64,000 nt of DNA from Octopus vulgaris (Eukaryota). Made by a program: the position numbers and the translations under genes. The notes beneath the pieces were generated by a model. The model saw only the letters and a list, made by a program, of their open reading frames with translations, ran no database searches and was not told the DNA's origin. This document shows, one piece after another, positions 42,359 to 56,269 of the stretch. Each line of letters opens with the position of its first letter. The stretch's first letter is position 1. Location: positions 11,594,001 through 11,658,000 of the forward strand of contig OX597836.1 in NCBI GenBank assembly GCA_951406725.2, written 5' to 3'.

Positions 42359-42389
42359 GATGTAGGAGATAGTGAAGGTAAATCTGTTG
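42268..42389. repeat. Foldback/MITE-like palindrome: 37-bp arms around (TA)24
   Basis: caacggatttaccttcactgtatcctacatcatccag / ctgtaggatgtaggagatagtgaaggtaaatctgttg; 32/37 complementary; TA flanks. Confidence 0.85.
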
Positions 42390-42509
42390 TATATACATAT
42401 ATTTCTAAGCTAATGTGCGCTTGTTATACACAACTCAAGCTGTGCACGTGCCTGATAATTACTAACTACATCTCTACCAAGGCCTTTTCGGAACGTAATT
42501 CCCTATCAC

Positions 42510-42550
<41 letters not shown>

Positions 42551-42699
42551 ATATATACATATATAAAAGGGGTTTGTATGATTGTGTATAGAGGGATATA
42601 TATTATTCAAAGAAATCTCAACTCTGTCTGCTTTTTATGTTTTATTTATATTCTTTATAATATTAATGTAGAATATAGAATACATTGTATAAATAATCT

Positions 42700-42742
<43 letters not shown>

Positions 42743-42884
42743 AAATGAAATGAAGTATTGTCTTATTGAATAGATGAAATATTGAATATCAAATATTAGG
42801 GGACTAGTATACTACCTTGTATTATAGCAGTCTTCAAGGTCCCAGGTTGTGATAGGAGTGTTTCAACTGTATGTATGTATGTTG

Positions 42885-42954
<70 letters not shown>

Positions 42955-42955
<1 letters not shown>

Positions 42956-43187
42956 ACGGTAAGCTTTATGAAAATAGACAAAAGACGAAGGCAGGTTTAC
43001 GGAAATAAACAAAAGACGAAGGCAGGTGGAATACAGATAAACAATTGTATTAGTATGGCGCTCAGGAAATATAAATGAAACAAGTCTTTAACGTTTCGAG
43101 CCTACGCTCTTCAACAGAAAGATACACAGAGAAAAAAAACACAGAAAGAAGGAGAGAAAAAAATATGCGTGCAAAAGCTAGCGAATC

Positions 43188-43190
<3 letters not shown>
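42955..43190 (-). mobile_element. Penelope-like terminal-repeat fragment between (TG)n and (TA)n tracts
   Basis: Carries a hammerhead motif; shares cgctcaggaaa...tttaacgtttcgagc with 52861-53065. Confidence 0.55.
43085..43122 (-). ncRNA. Minimal Penelope-type hammerhead, core variant CTGTTGA
   Basis: Minus strand TCTTT-CTGTTGA-A-GAGC(GTAG)GCTC-GAAAC-GTT-AAAGA; stems I and II pair perfectly, palindromic AACGTT stem III. Confidence 0.62.
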
Positions 43191-43261
<71 letters not shown>

Positions 43262-43305
43262 TGTATATATGTATATGTATATGTATGTATATGTGTATAT
43301 ATATT

Positions 43306-43434
43306 ATTATTTAACACATTCCCCGGTAAAGTTCCCACACATTTACTTATATATTTTTTCCGACGCTACGAAAATATTAGAGAAAATAAATAAGTATATG
43401 AATGGAAACTTTACCGTTGAGTGTATTAAATAAT
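43306..43434. repeat. Imperfect inverted repeat, ~55-bp arms, 19-bp spacer
   Basis: attatttaacacattccccggtaaagttccc... versus ...ggaaactttaccgttgagtgtattaaataat; related sequence at ~46085-46150. Confidence 0.75.
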
Positions 43435-43644
43435 GAAGTACTAAAAGAGAATGACTTTCCCCAAAGCAAAATGAGCTTCAGCACACTTAGTTGTTGTGTG
43501 ATGTGATATCAAAAGTTCCAGAAATATTTCTGTAACGCACCAAAGAAAAGCAGCACACGGTATTGAGCAGAATATTCACTTCCAATCAGTTAAGATCAGA
43601 AACCATGAGAGTCACTGTCTGGTACTACATCAGAGCATTTATCA

Positions 43645-43700
<56 letters not shown>

Positions 43701-44349
43701 GTTATTATTATTATTATTGTTATTACATAACATTTAGTCGCAGTTTGCGGTACACTCGGTGTTTGTTTCTCTCCAGTCTGTCTATATTTAAATATACATT
43801 CGTAGTGTTACAAGTTTTTACTTTCCAAATATAACCATACATCACAATCCAATCTATTTACATATTTAGACATACGATGTCACTTAGTCACATTTTTGTA
43901 CTTGTTTATCTCGATGTTTTTTTCAAACATTTTCCGAAACTTTGCAGAGATTTTTTCTTTTTTTTTTATGGCATAATTACAAACAGACAGAAACTAGATT
44001 GTGTTGTTACTCATGCTGTGTTGTATAATGTATAATTCGCTTCAGCTGCTTTTTATCATAGCAACACGTCACAGAATTTAGTTTGAGCGATTTTATTAGT
44101 AGTGTGATCGTATGGATGAGAGGTGACGGGATAAAGTAAATACAGTGATACAGTGATAATGTTATACAAGAAGTAACGGTGTTGTACAAGAGAGGAGAAG
44201 TGGTAATATACCGGTGTATGTTCATCCAGTTGTTTGATTTTAATAGCTTCCGGTTTGTGTTGTTTTACTCGGAAATATATATTCGATGTACATGAACATA
44301 ATGTACGTAGTTTGTGAGTATGTGCCGGACGGGGCTGTAATTGTGTATA

Positions 44350-44419
<70 letters not shown>

Positions 44420-44421
<2 letters not shown>

Positions 44422-44576
44422 GGAGTGGCTGTGTGGTAAGTAGCTTACTTACCAACCACATGCTTCCGGGTTCAGTCCCACTGCATAACACATTGGGCAT
44501 GCGTCGTCTACTATAACCTCGGGCCGACCAAAGCCTTGTGAGTGGATTTGGTAGACGGAAACTCAAAGAAGCTTGT

Positions 44577-44668
<92 letters not shown>

Positions 44669-44910
44669 CATATATATATATATGTATATATGTTTGTGTG
44701 TCTATGTTTGTTCCTCCAACATCGCTTGACAACCGATGCTCGTGTGTTTACGTCCCCTTAATTTAGCGGTTCGGCAAAAGAGACCGATAGAATAAGTACA
44801 TGGCTTACAAAGAATAAGTCTTAGGGCTGATTTGCTCGACTAAAAGGCGGTGCTCCAGCATGGCCGCAGTCAAATGACTGGAACGAATAAAGGAGTAAAA
44901 GAATAAAAGA
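44420..44910 (+). mobile_element. SINE-B with expanded internal microsatellite
   Basis: Full-length homology; followed by an older inverted 3' half at ~44965-45190. Confidence 0.88.
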
Positions 44911-45872
44911 ATATATGTGTGTATGTGTGTGTATGCGTATTGGTTATCCGTGTGTGCATATATATTCTTTTATTCCGTTATTCTTTTATTCTTTTACTGC
45001 CCTCAGTTATATGATTGCGGCCATGAAGTAACCTCGAAGGATTTTAGTCGAGCAACTCGACCACAGGACTCATGTTTTTAAGCATATTGATTATTATGTC
45101 AGTGTCTTTTGTCGAACCGCTACGCTACGGGAACGTAAACACACCAGTACCGGTAGTCAAACGTCGTAGTGCTTTACTCAACACATCGACACATAAATTG
45201 ACATATTCCCATTAGTTCAAAAATTAAACACACATACATACATACATACATACATACATACATACATACATACATACATACATACATACATACAAACAAA
45301 CAAAAATGCCCTGTTGTTGACGTTGAAATTCCAACGAAGGAGCCTTGAATCTAGGTTAGAAACCGGTTCTTTCGCTATTGGTAAGAAATCTTGAAATAAA
45401 ACTGAATAATGACATACATACATACATACATACATACATACATACATACATACATACATACATACATACATACATACATACACACACACATATATACATA
45501 CATATGCAAACATATACAAATATATGTACACATACATACAGCAATATACACACACATATATATACATAAATGCACACTTTCACACTCGCAGATTAATGCA
45601 AATATAATCTTGTAGTCGGTTACAAATTGCTACTAATTTTATTGGCTACAACTTAACAATCCGTTAAGTTACTGGATCTCAAGGGACATACCATAAAAAA
45701 ATAACAAATTTTAAAACGATGTAATTAGATATATAGGCAAGCGCAGAGACACACATTTATAAATATATCAGTATATAAGAGGCTTTTACAATCTAGACAA
45801 TAACTGAATATAATTCACTGGTCCAAGTATCACGCGGTAGGATCGAACCAGGAATATGCTTCTAAGGTATAG

Positions 45873-46067
45873 GGCGGCGAGCTGGCAGAAATGTTAGCAC
45901 GCTGGGCGAAATGCTTAGCAGTATTTCATCTGCTGTGACGTTCTGAGTTCAAATTCCGCCGAGATCGACTTGACCATTCATCCTTTCGGGATCGATTAAA
46001 TACGTACCAGTTACGCTCTGAGGTCAATGTAATAGACTTAATCCCTTTGTTTGTCCTTGTTTGTCCT
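45873..46067 (+). mobile_element. SINE-C, 3'-truncated
   Basis: Homology. Confidence 0.85.
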
Positions 46068-46191
46068 CAAAAAGAGTCAAAACTAACGAAAATTTTAAGA
46101 AAATAAAAATAAGAAAAAAGTGGAAATTTTACTGGTGAGTGTGTTAAATCATATGGCACAAAAGAAAATGACTCTCCCCAGACACAACAGA

Positions 46192-46243
<52 letters not shown>

Positions 46244-46486
46244 TAATTCACCTTTTATTAAATAATAATTATAATAATCCCATACATATATATACACATA
46301 TATACACACATATATAAATACATATTTGTTTTTATATATATGCATATATATATATATATATGTAAATAGAAATTTACATGTAAATATGTATCTATATATA
46401 TGTACTGTTCCTTGAAATAAAATTCAAAAAGAAAAGTACTTAATGTGGTGAAAGATGAATACAATTTATGTAAAGGGTACAATGCA

Positions 46487-46550
<64 letters not shown>

Positions 46551-47186
46551 TGTATGTATATATAGAGAGAGAATGTGTGTGTGTGCCGCTATATATTTTT
46601 ATACGACACGCACCCAAGTTCCCGTTACTAATTTTGCTGACATGGCGTACGTCGACTTCGGGCAATAGTACAAAAAATATTTGTTCAAACTCGCATCGAA
46701 CAATGGGACTGAACCAGGAATCAAGGGTTTGGAAAGCGAGCCTCTTAACCATACACCTAGGGAATTTTGTACAAGAATTTCATTATTCAGGTGGAGGGGA
46801 ACATTTAAAATTTCAACACTAAATATAATCTGAACAGTTATAATTACTTTCATCTAATTAATTTCTACTAAAATTAAACGCTTTTTAACTAATGTTTTTT
46901 TTTTGCACACTTACTCACTCACTCACACGCACCCATATACACACACAGATACACATAGCGCGGGCGCGCATACACTTTTGATAAGGATATCATCTATGGC
47001 ATTAATTTGATATCGAGGCTTTACGTGTGGGTGTATCTTAATTCATCTTACACGTCTCTTGTTACAACGGGGCCGTTTTGCCGCTCCCTCGGGAACTAGA
47101 GACCCAATGAATAGCACACATACATCCCTACACACAACACACACAGACATATGTACATACGTACATACATACATGCATACATATAA

Positions 47187-47268
<82 letters not shown>

Positions 47269-47288
47269 GAAACTATATATATAGATAT

Positions 47289-47376
<88 letters not shown>

Positions 47377-47736
47377 GTATGTATATTAATATTGTCGTTT
47401 TTGTATTTAGTTTGTAATATTTTTTATGTGAATTCGTGTGCTGAAACAAATCTTGCGGTATCTTGGGAGCGCCATAACACCAATAGTAATAATAACACAC
47501 GTACTGATTCAATTTCACTTATTTATTGAGCGGACTTTGAAGAGGGAGGACAAGAAACTGAGAAGGTCACGAATAGGGACGAAAGGAATTTGACTAACAA
47601 ATAACCGATTGATTGTTAAATCAACACATTATATAATCAATCAATTACTTAACTGGTTAGATATTCAACAAACTGGCGAACAATAAAGAAGTAGAATTTC
47701 AACTCTGAGTATGTTATTAAAGGCATATAATATATA

Positions 47737-48127
47737 CGAGCAAAGCACCCACCCCCGTCCAATGGACGGAGCTGGGTTATCAAACATTTAAACCAAATTT
47801 TCTCAAAACAACTTGTCCGACCGTCCCATGGGTCTCCCCTTTGAGAAACACTGATTTAACCTAAATTTGAGACACCAGCAAAAGAAGAAATAAAGATAGA
47901 CTTTTTTTTCTATTCCAAGAAAAACGATTTTACAAATGCACGTTCTCGCGGCTTTATCGATCGCATTCTCACCTGGAATCGATTTTTGTAATTGTTTCAA
48001 GACTTATACACGCCCTGATACCGTCGGTATCTACATATCAAATTTGAGCGCAATCCGATGGCGGATGCCCGAGATCCTAAAATATACACAGACAGACAGA
48101 CAAACAGAACGGATTTTATATAACAGA
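47737..48127 (-). mobile_element. Non-autonomous Helitron family H2, internally deleted form
   Basis: Minus strand A|TCTGTTATATAAAA...CCGTCCATTGGACGG...CTCG|T; lacks about 465 bp present in 38631-39486. Confidence 0.78.
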
Positions 48128-48494
48128 TAACTATATGTATATTATTTATTTCAGTCATTGAACTGCAGCTTTGCAGGGATACCACCTTGATGGCTTTTAG
48201 TAACGAAATAACCTTGTACTTATATTATCGATCTGTGATATTGTTGTATATATGCGGTCTATTTCGTCATTTTGTGAATGTGTATATTCGTAAGTATATA
48301 TATATATATATACATAAATACACACATACACACACACACAGACACACACACAGATACATAAACACGCACATACATACATATATATATAGACATACACATA
48401 CACACGCACACATGAATGCTTTCATAAATATTTGCATTCGCACATGCTTACTTATAAACATGTATTCATGTAGGCTTATATATGTGTGTGTGTA

Positions 48495-48569
<75 letters not shown>

Positions 48570-48842
48570 ATAGTCGGCTGGACATATTGTATGATGAAGT
48601 AGACTAGCCCAATACGTAGGTATAGAGGGAGAAGTCTAGACGTAGCGGTCAGAGGTAGAGAATTTGGATAACTTTTTGATAGGAAAAAATTTAATTGCTA
48701 CGATGTTGTAGAACGTCCAAAATTTTATTCACTCTAGATTGCCAGGCTTTTACAGTTCCGGGCTGGACAAGCTATCGCCGAAATGGCAATAGTGTATTGA
48801 CAATATGGATGAATACTTATATATATATATATATATATATAT

Positions 48843-49260
48843 AGGCGCAGGAGTGGCTGTGTGGTAAGTAGCTTGCTAACCAACCACATGGTTCCGGGTT
48901 CAGTCCCACTGCGTGGGATCTTGGGCAAGTGTCTTCTGCTATAGCCCCGGGCCGACCAATGCCTTGTGAGTGGATTTGGTAGACGGAAACTGAAAGAAGC
49001 CTGTAGTATATATGTATATATATATATGTATGTGTGTGTGTGTTTGTGTGTCTGTGTTTGTCCCCCTAGCATTGCTTGACAACTGATGCTGGTGTGTTTA
49101 CGTCCCCGTCACTTAGCGGTTCGGCAAAAGAGACCGATAGAATAAGTACTGGGCTTACAAAGAATAAGTCCCGGGGTCGATTTGCTCGACTAAAAGGCGG
49201 TGCTCCAGCATGGCTGCAGTCAAATGACTGAAACAAGTAAAAGAGTAAAAGAGTAAAGAG
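48843..49260 (+). mobile_element. SINE-B
   Basis: Full-length homology. Confidence 0.9.
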
Positions 49261-49435
49261 TATATATAGAGAAAGGGGGAGACGATAAGAAATGGAGCAA
49301 TTAACAGTGAGAGGTGGATCATTGGTCATTATTTAATTAAAGGTGAGAGTATGTTTACAGCTGTTTCTGTATATGAAGGTGGGGTAAATTTTTATTTACC
49401 TCGTTACACTTGATAGACATCTTCAGAACGGTTAT

Positions 49436-49821
49436 TGGAAGCACTCCGTCGGTTACGACGACGAGTGTTCCGGTTGATCCGAATCAACGGAACAACCTGC
49501 TCGTGAAATTAACGTGTAAGTGGCTGAGCACTCCACAGACACATGTACCCTTAACGTAGTTCTCGGGGATATTCAGCGTGACACAGAGAGTGACAAGTCC
49601 GGCCCTTTGAAATACAGGTACAACAGAAACAGGAAGAAAGAGTGTGAGAAAGTTGTGGTGAAAGAGTACAGCAGGGATCACCACCATCCCCTGCCGGAGC
49701 CTCGTGGAGCTTTTTAGGTGTTTTCGCTCAATAAACACTCACAACGCCCGGTCTGGGAATCGAAACCGCGATCCTATGACCGCGAGTCCGCTGCCCTAAC
49801 CACTGGGCCATTGCGCCTCCA
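49436..49821 (-). mobile_element. SINE-A, tail type 1
   Basis: Full length; 12-bp TSD cagaacggttat (49424-35 / 49822-33). Confidence 0.93.
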
Positions 49822-50052
49822 CAGAACGGTTATACGGCAAAAGATAAAATAAAAGGAAAATAGAAAGAAAATATAAGGAAAGGAAAGGAAAAGAAAATGG
49901 GAAAATGCACGTTAATTCAATAGTCCTACATTTTAGTGGCTTCCATAATTCATTGCATCAGTGCCTATAGATACATCTATCCCTTAGAAGCTTACATTAC
50001 CGCTAACTTATATATAACACAATATATATATATATATATATAGCTAGATAGC

Positions 50053-50105
<53 letters not shown>

Positions 50106-50126
50106 GGATGGATGGATGGATGGATG

Positions 50127-50177
<51 letters not shown>

Positions 50178-50212
50178 GATGGATGGATGGATGGATAGAT
50201 AGATAGATAGAT

Positions 50213-50273
<61 letters not shown>

Positions 50274-50274
50274 G

Positions 50275-50344
<70 letters not shown>

Positions 50345-51256
50345 TACATGCTATTGTTTAGCTACATTTCTAGAGCTTTCACTAATGGAGAAGATGCTAG
50401 AGTCTAACCATGATCCAAGCGGCTCCTTCATTGGAATTTCAGAAATATTAACACACTAGCTTTCCATGCATTTGTGTAAGTTTTTTTTTTCTGCATTTCA
50501 ATATATATTACTTGCTCATTAGTAGATCAATAGTTACTAAACCAAAAATTACTCTCTGTCCTCAACACTATCTATAGCGACTGATTGCTTTCAATGGAAT
50601 ATCACTGACGCCATGATAAACTTTGTTTTTATTAACGACATATTTTTACAGGATGTGAAAGTATTTGGTGACATCACATGTACAGATCTGTATGTTTCGT
50701 TTTACGTACGTGTACTTTATTATACAAATGATATCTATAGATATGTGCATATATACGGATATACTAAACTTTAGGAAAGTTTTACATTTATTTACAGTTC
50801 CATTGATATCATCTAATTGTAGACTTCTAATAGGTTTTCATCTTACTAGTTTCGTGAGCCTTATTATGCGCCTGTGTATGTATAGATTTACTAGTATGGG
50901 TTTTGAAACTGTGTGTGTGTGTGTTTTTGTCAATAATCTTATAATTATGCAGCCCAGGGTGTTGAAAATAGAATATTTACTGCGGAGTCTCAGGGAAAAT
51001 TCATTTGAAAAGTACGATAAATATTATGCGATGAAAGAATACGTAGTATAACAACCGCTAATGATTCTCGTGAGTATATGACACACAGACAGACATCAAT
51101 GTGTGTGTGTATGTGTGCGTAGGTGGGCGGGTGGTTGGTTGTGGGTGTGATTATACGTATGTATATGTATGTGGGTGAATGACTGTGTATGTATGCCAGT
51201 GGGTGTATATATATATAAATATATATATATGTGAGTATATATATATATATATATGA

Positions 51257-51292
<36 letters not shown>

Positions 51293-51339
51293 GATAGGAC
51301 TATAAGTTTATATGTATGTATATATATATGTGTGTGTGC

Positions 51340-51386
<47 letters not shown>

Positions 51387-52001
51387 CATATGTATATTAC
51401 AGAGTTAGATAGATACATGTGCATATACATATATGTATATATACTACATATACATATACAAGTGTAAGTATGCATATATGTGTATATACATGTATATGTA
51501 TATATATATATATAAGTGGCGGGGTATGTACGTGTATGTGTTTGTTTATACATACATACACCTATCCACAAATACACATACATACGTAGACCCGCACAAA
51601 CATGTATATAGACATACACACACACACACACATGCATGCATACATACATACATGCATACATACATACATACATACATACATACATACATACATACATACA
51701 TACCTCTGCGCCTATTTATTTCTTCATCAAATGACAGATCGATAGAGAAGACGAAGAGGCGGTGTGGGTGGGGAGACATTTCACATGGGAAATCTTATTC
51801 CGGTTCCTTTCGAAGAATTTACGTCCTCACCAATTCAAAGACAATTAATTTCCAGAATTATTCCATTAGAGCAAGATTAAAAAGAAAAATATAATCAAAC
51901 AAACAATGAACAGAAATAAACAAAACGGCGTAATAATCGGTCTGATTTGTTAATGAAAAATCGATACCTCGTCTGTAACAGAGGTGATGATCAGGATTGT
52001 T

Positions 52002-52040
<39 letters not shown>

Positions 52041-52044
<4 letters not shown>

Positions 52045-52644
52045 CTATTTCTTTACTGCCCACAAGGGGCTACACACAGAGAGGACAAACAAGGACAGAC
52101 AAACGGATTAAGTCGATTATATCGACCCCAGTGCGTAACTGGTACTTAATTTATCGACCCCGAAAGGATGAAAGGCAAAGTCGACTTCGGCGGAATTTGA
52201 ACTCAAAACGTAACAGCAGACGAAATACCTATTTATTTATTATCCACAAGGGGCTAAACATTGAGGGGACAAACAAGGACAGACAAACGGATTAAGTCGA
52301 TTATATCGACGCCAGTGCCTGGCTGGTACTTATTTAATCGACACCGAATGGATGAAAGGTAAAGTCGACTTCGGTGGAATTTGAACTCAAAACGTAACGG
52401 CAGACGAAATACCTCTTTCTTTATTACCCACAAGGGGCTTAACATAGAGGGAACAAACAAGGACAGACATAGGTATTAAGTCGATTACATCGACCCCAGT
52501 GCGTAACTGGTACTTAATTTATCGACCCCGAAAGGATGAAAGGTAAAGTCGACCTCGGCGGAATTTGAATTCAAAACGTAACGGCAGACGAAATACCGCT
52601 GGGCAATTCGCCCGGCGTGCTAACGGTTCTGCCAGCTCGCTGCC
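52041..52644 (-). mobile_element. SINE-C trimer (one head plus 3 x 184 bp)
   Basis: GAAATACC register at 52222, 52406 and 52590. Confidence 0.92.
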
Positions 52645-52860
52645 TTGAGAATACAGTAAATATTGACAACAGATAATAGAAAGTATTTAACTGTAAACAT
52701 ATAAGCACAAGCCTGCTTAACTGGTAAGAAGCTTGCTTCACAACCACATAGTTCTGGGTTCAGTCCCACTGTGTGGCACCTTGGACAAATGTCTTCTACT
52801 ATAGACTTGTGAGTGGATTTGGTAGACGGAAACTGAAAGAGGCCCGGCGCATACATATAT

Positions 52861-53065
52861 AGTTAATCCAAACATGAACAAAGAGAAAACACAGCAACGC
52901 GAGGACGTGGAACAAGTAGAGTGTTACTGGACGCTCAGGAAAGGAAATAAAGAAGGAGGATTTAACGTTTCGAGCGGAACACTTCGTCAGAAATATAGAA
53001 AAAAAGAAAAGTCCAAGGAAGGGAAGACGGAGAAAGAAAATCTCCAAAGATACACACGCAGTCAC
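52861..53065 (-). mobile_element. Penelope-like terminal-repeat fragment inserted in the internal microsatellite of a SINE-B
   Basis: Hammerhead motif; SINE-B 5' half ends at catacatatat (52860) and the 3' half resumes at ~53066. Confidence 0.6.
52960..52994 (-). ncRNA. Minimal Penelope-type hammerhead
   Basis: Minus strand ATTT-CTGACGA-AGTGTTCCGCTC-GAAAC-GTT-AAAT; intact core, stem II weakened by one mismatch. Confidence 0.62.
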
Positions 53066-53882
53066 CCCACCCTCCCACCGCTTGATAATTGATGTTGGTA
53101 TACTTACGTGTCCGTGACCTAGCGGTTCGGGAAAACGGCCCGATAGAATAAGTACCAGGTTTACAAAGAAGAAATCCTGAGGTGCTCCAGCGTAGCCGCA
53201 GTCAAATCACTGAAACAAGTAAAAGAATATCGCTGAACCTTACAATGAACATTCTCCATAAACATTGCGAAATTTTTAGGTTTATAAATGAACATCTGAA
53301 CTGTTGAGAAAAAGGTGATTACAGAATATAATTAAAAATGTTAATTTTCTTACCGAGTCATAAGATCTGGATTCCCGGTTTCCATGGACTGGAGCATCGT
53401 AAAATGAAGTGTTTTGCTCAAGAACACAACTCGTCGCCCGGTCCGGGAATCGAAACCACAATCTAACGATCATGAGTCAAACACCCTAACCACTAAGAAA
53501 CGCGCCTCAACCATTAGCTATGTAACTTACGTTAAATTACTATTTCGGGTTTGGGCATTACACCGTAATCCCCAAAAGATGGTACTGGTGCAATTTAACA
53601 ACCTCAGACACTGGGGAGATTTTTAAACCAATTAAATATCATAAGATACTTTAATCCTGTGCTTTGCTTCTGCTAATCCACTGTCTTTAAGCTTAGCCAT
53701 ATAAGTCGAGATTAACATTTTTACGAAACAGACGAGGTTTACGCTAAAGTCCAAGATATTTTCTTTCAATATGTCTACTAAACCACTGAGATGTAAATAT
53801 AGAATAGCTCGTCTCAAAGAAGTTACCGTTACTTTTTTTCTTATTAATGGATTAGTCTAACGGAAGTGGCTGTGCGTGTAGA

Positions 53883-54345
53883 CGATGTAATCGACTTAAC
53901 CCGTTTGTCTGTCCTTGTTTGTCCCCTCTGTTTGTAGCCCCTTGTGGGTAATAAAGAAATAGGTATTTCGTCTGCCGTTACGTTCTGAGTTCAAATTCCG
54001 CCGAGGTCAACTTTGCCTTTCATCCTTTCGGGGTCGATTAAATAAGTACCAGTTACGGACTGGGGTCGATATAATCGACTTAATCCCTTTGTCTATCCTT
54101 GTTTGTCCTCTCTGTGTTTAGCCCCTTGTGGGTAATAAAGAAATAGGTATTTCGTCTGCCGTTACGTTTTGAGTTCAAATTCCGCCGAGGTCAACTTTGC
54201 CATTCATCCTTTCGGGGTCGATTAAATAAGTACCAGTTACGCACTGGGTTCGATATAATCGACTTAATCCGTTTGTCTGTCCCCTCTGTGTTTAGCCCCT
54301 TGTAGGTAGTAAAGAAATAGGTATTTCGTCTGCCGCTACGTTCTG
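53883..54345 (+). mobile_element. SINE-C array (~2.5 units)
   Basis: Junction gaaataggtatttcgtctg repeated three times. Confidence 0.9.
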
Positions 54346-54974
54346 CAATTTCGAGAATGACAGTACTTATTTTATCGACTCCAAAAAGGATTAGAGGCTA
54401 AGTCAACATCCACTGGAATTTGAATGATCGCAAAAACATAAAAAGCCGGGAAAAACGCTGCTAAGCGTTTTTATATCTTTTTATACAATGCAGTAACGAT
54501 TCTTCCAATTCGGCGCTTCCGTAAAAAAAAAAGAAAAAAAAAAAAAACAGAAATAAAAAACTGTTGAAATACTATAAGTGTAAAAAAATATATCTCTTGA
54601 AATCATTAGATGTTTTAATCTATCTTCGAAAAATAAGATAGATTTTATCTAAAGGATATAAGGAGAGTAGCAAAGAAGCTAGATAAATGGATTGAAATTA
54701 CAGAATATAATTAAAGCTTCTCATGGTTTCCATAGATAATATTGCAACGACTAAACGATATTTAATATCCATTTCATTAGTAAATTGCTTGTCTATTTAA
54801 CAATACACTTAATGCAAATTACATTACTCTTTTTTTTCTCCTTTCTTTCCTTTTTCTTTCTTTCTTTCTCTTCTTCTTTCATATTTTATCTACTTACTTT
54901 TTGCCAAAGCAATCATTATTTTTCCTCATCTCATCCACTTATTCGAGGAGAAAACTACACAAAACAGGTGGATA

Positions 54975-55029
<55 letters not shown>

Positions 55030-55044
55030 TATATATATATACAT

Positions 55045-55075
<31 letters not shown>

Positions 55076-55689
55076 TTATATTTATATATATATATATATT
55101 TATGTACACACATACATTTATATATATATATGTATATATATGTACACACATACATTTATATATATACATATACATATATATATGTATATATATATGTACA
55201 CATATACATTTATATATATACATATACGTATATATATGTACACACATAAATTTATATATATACATATATATATATATATATGTATATATACGTACACACA
55301 TACATTTATATAGTTATCTATATGTGTTTGTGTGTGTGTGTGTGTTTCTGTGTGTGTGTAGATTTTAAAATATCTTTTAATATTCCAAGCACGTTGTCGA
55401 ACATTAATCTTCGTTTTCCCATCTATTAAGTAACTGACTCGCTGACTCAGTGACTCAGTGACTCAGTGACTCAGTTTCATTTTTTTTTTCTGCTAGTAAC
55501 CTTAAAAGAAAGAGAATAAAGAAGATACTCATTCTTGGTTCTAGTTATCATAACGGAATGTATTCCTCACCAAACTCCATAAATGGGCATAGCGTTTGTG
55601 CGTACGCGCGTGCTCACGTGCGTGTGTATCGATTAACGATTGATTCAATTTGGTGGTCTTGGTTTGGTGAGAGGCTAGAGTGTGATTTT

Positions 55690-56077
55690 GTGGAGGCGCA
55701 ATGGCCCAGTGGTTAGGGCAGCGGACTCGCGGTCATAGGATCACGGTTTCGATTCCCAGACCGGGCGTTGTGAGTGTTTATTGAGCGAAAACACCTAAAA
55801 GCTCCACGAGACTCCGGCAGGGGATGGTGGTGATCCCTGCTGTACTCTTTCACCACAACTTTCTCTCACTCTTACTTCCTGTTTCTGTTGTACCTGTATT
55901 TCAAGGGGCCGGCCTTGTCACTCTCTGTGTCACGCTGAATATCCCCGAGAATTACGTTACGGGTACACGTGTCTGTGGGTGCTCAGCCACTTACACGTTA
56001 ATTTCACGAGCAGGCTGTTCCGTTGATTCGGATCAACCGGAACCCTCGTCGTCGTAACCGACGGAGTGCGTCCATCC
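55690..56077 (+). mobile_element. SINE-A, tail type 1
   Basis: Full length; 13-bp TSD agagtgtgatttt (55677-89 / 56078-90). Confidence 0.93.
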
Positions 56078-56269
56078 AGAGTGTGATTTTAGACAAATTT
56101 AGCTACCATTTCCAGCATGTCTTGCAACCATGTAGAACCAGTGATTTTGGCTTATTGGTGGAGAGGCGACCTTGGTTATGAGAGACGCCAAGGTCAACTT
56201 CGTCTTTCGTTTCTCTGGGGTCGATAGAATAATGTTCCAAGGAAGTGCCTAGACCAATATAATATTTTC

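Larger units (their letters stand above)
52700..53228 (+). mobile_element. Diverged SINE-B split by a Penelope-like insert
   Basis: 5' half 52700-52860, 3' half ~53066-53228. Confidence 0.75.

Noticed and set aside
43575-43635. Faint U2 snRNA-like words in element E (atcagttaagatcaga; ctggtact)
   Set aside because: Short patchy matches; no branch-point recognition sequence or Sm site
53632-53817. Duplicated 61-aa ORF (mirror at 56927..57112)
   Set aside because: Non-ATG start, no recognisable domain; explained by the inverted duplication
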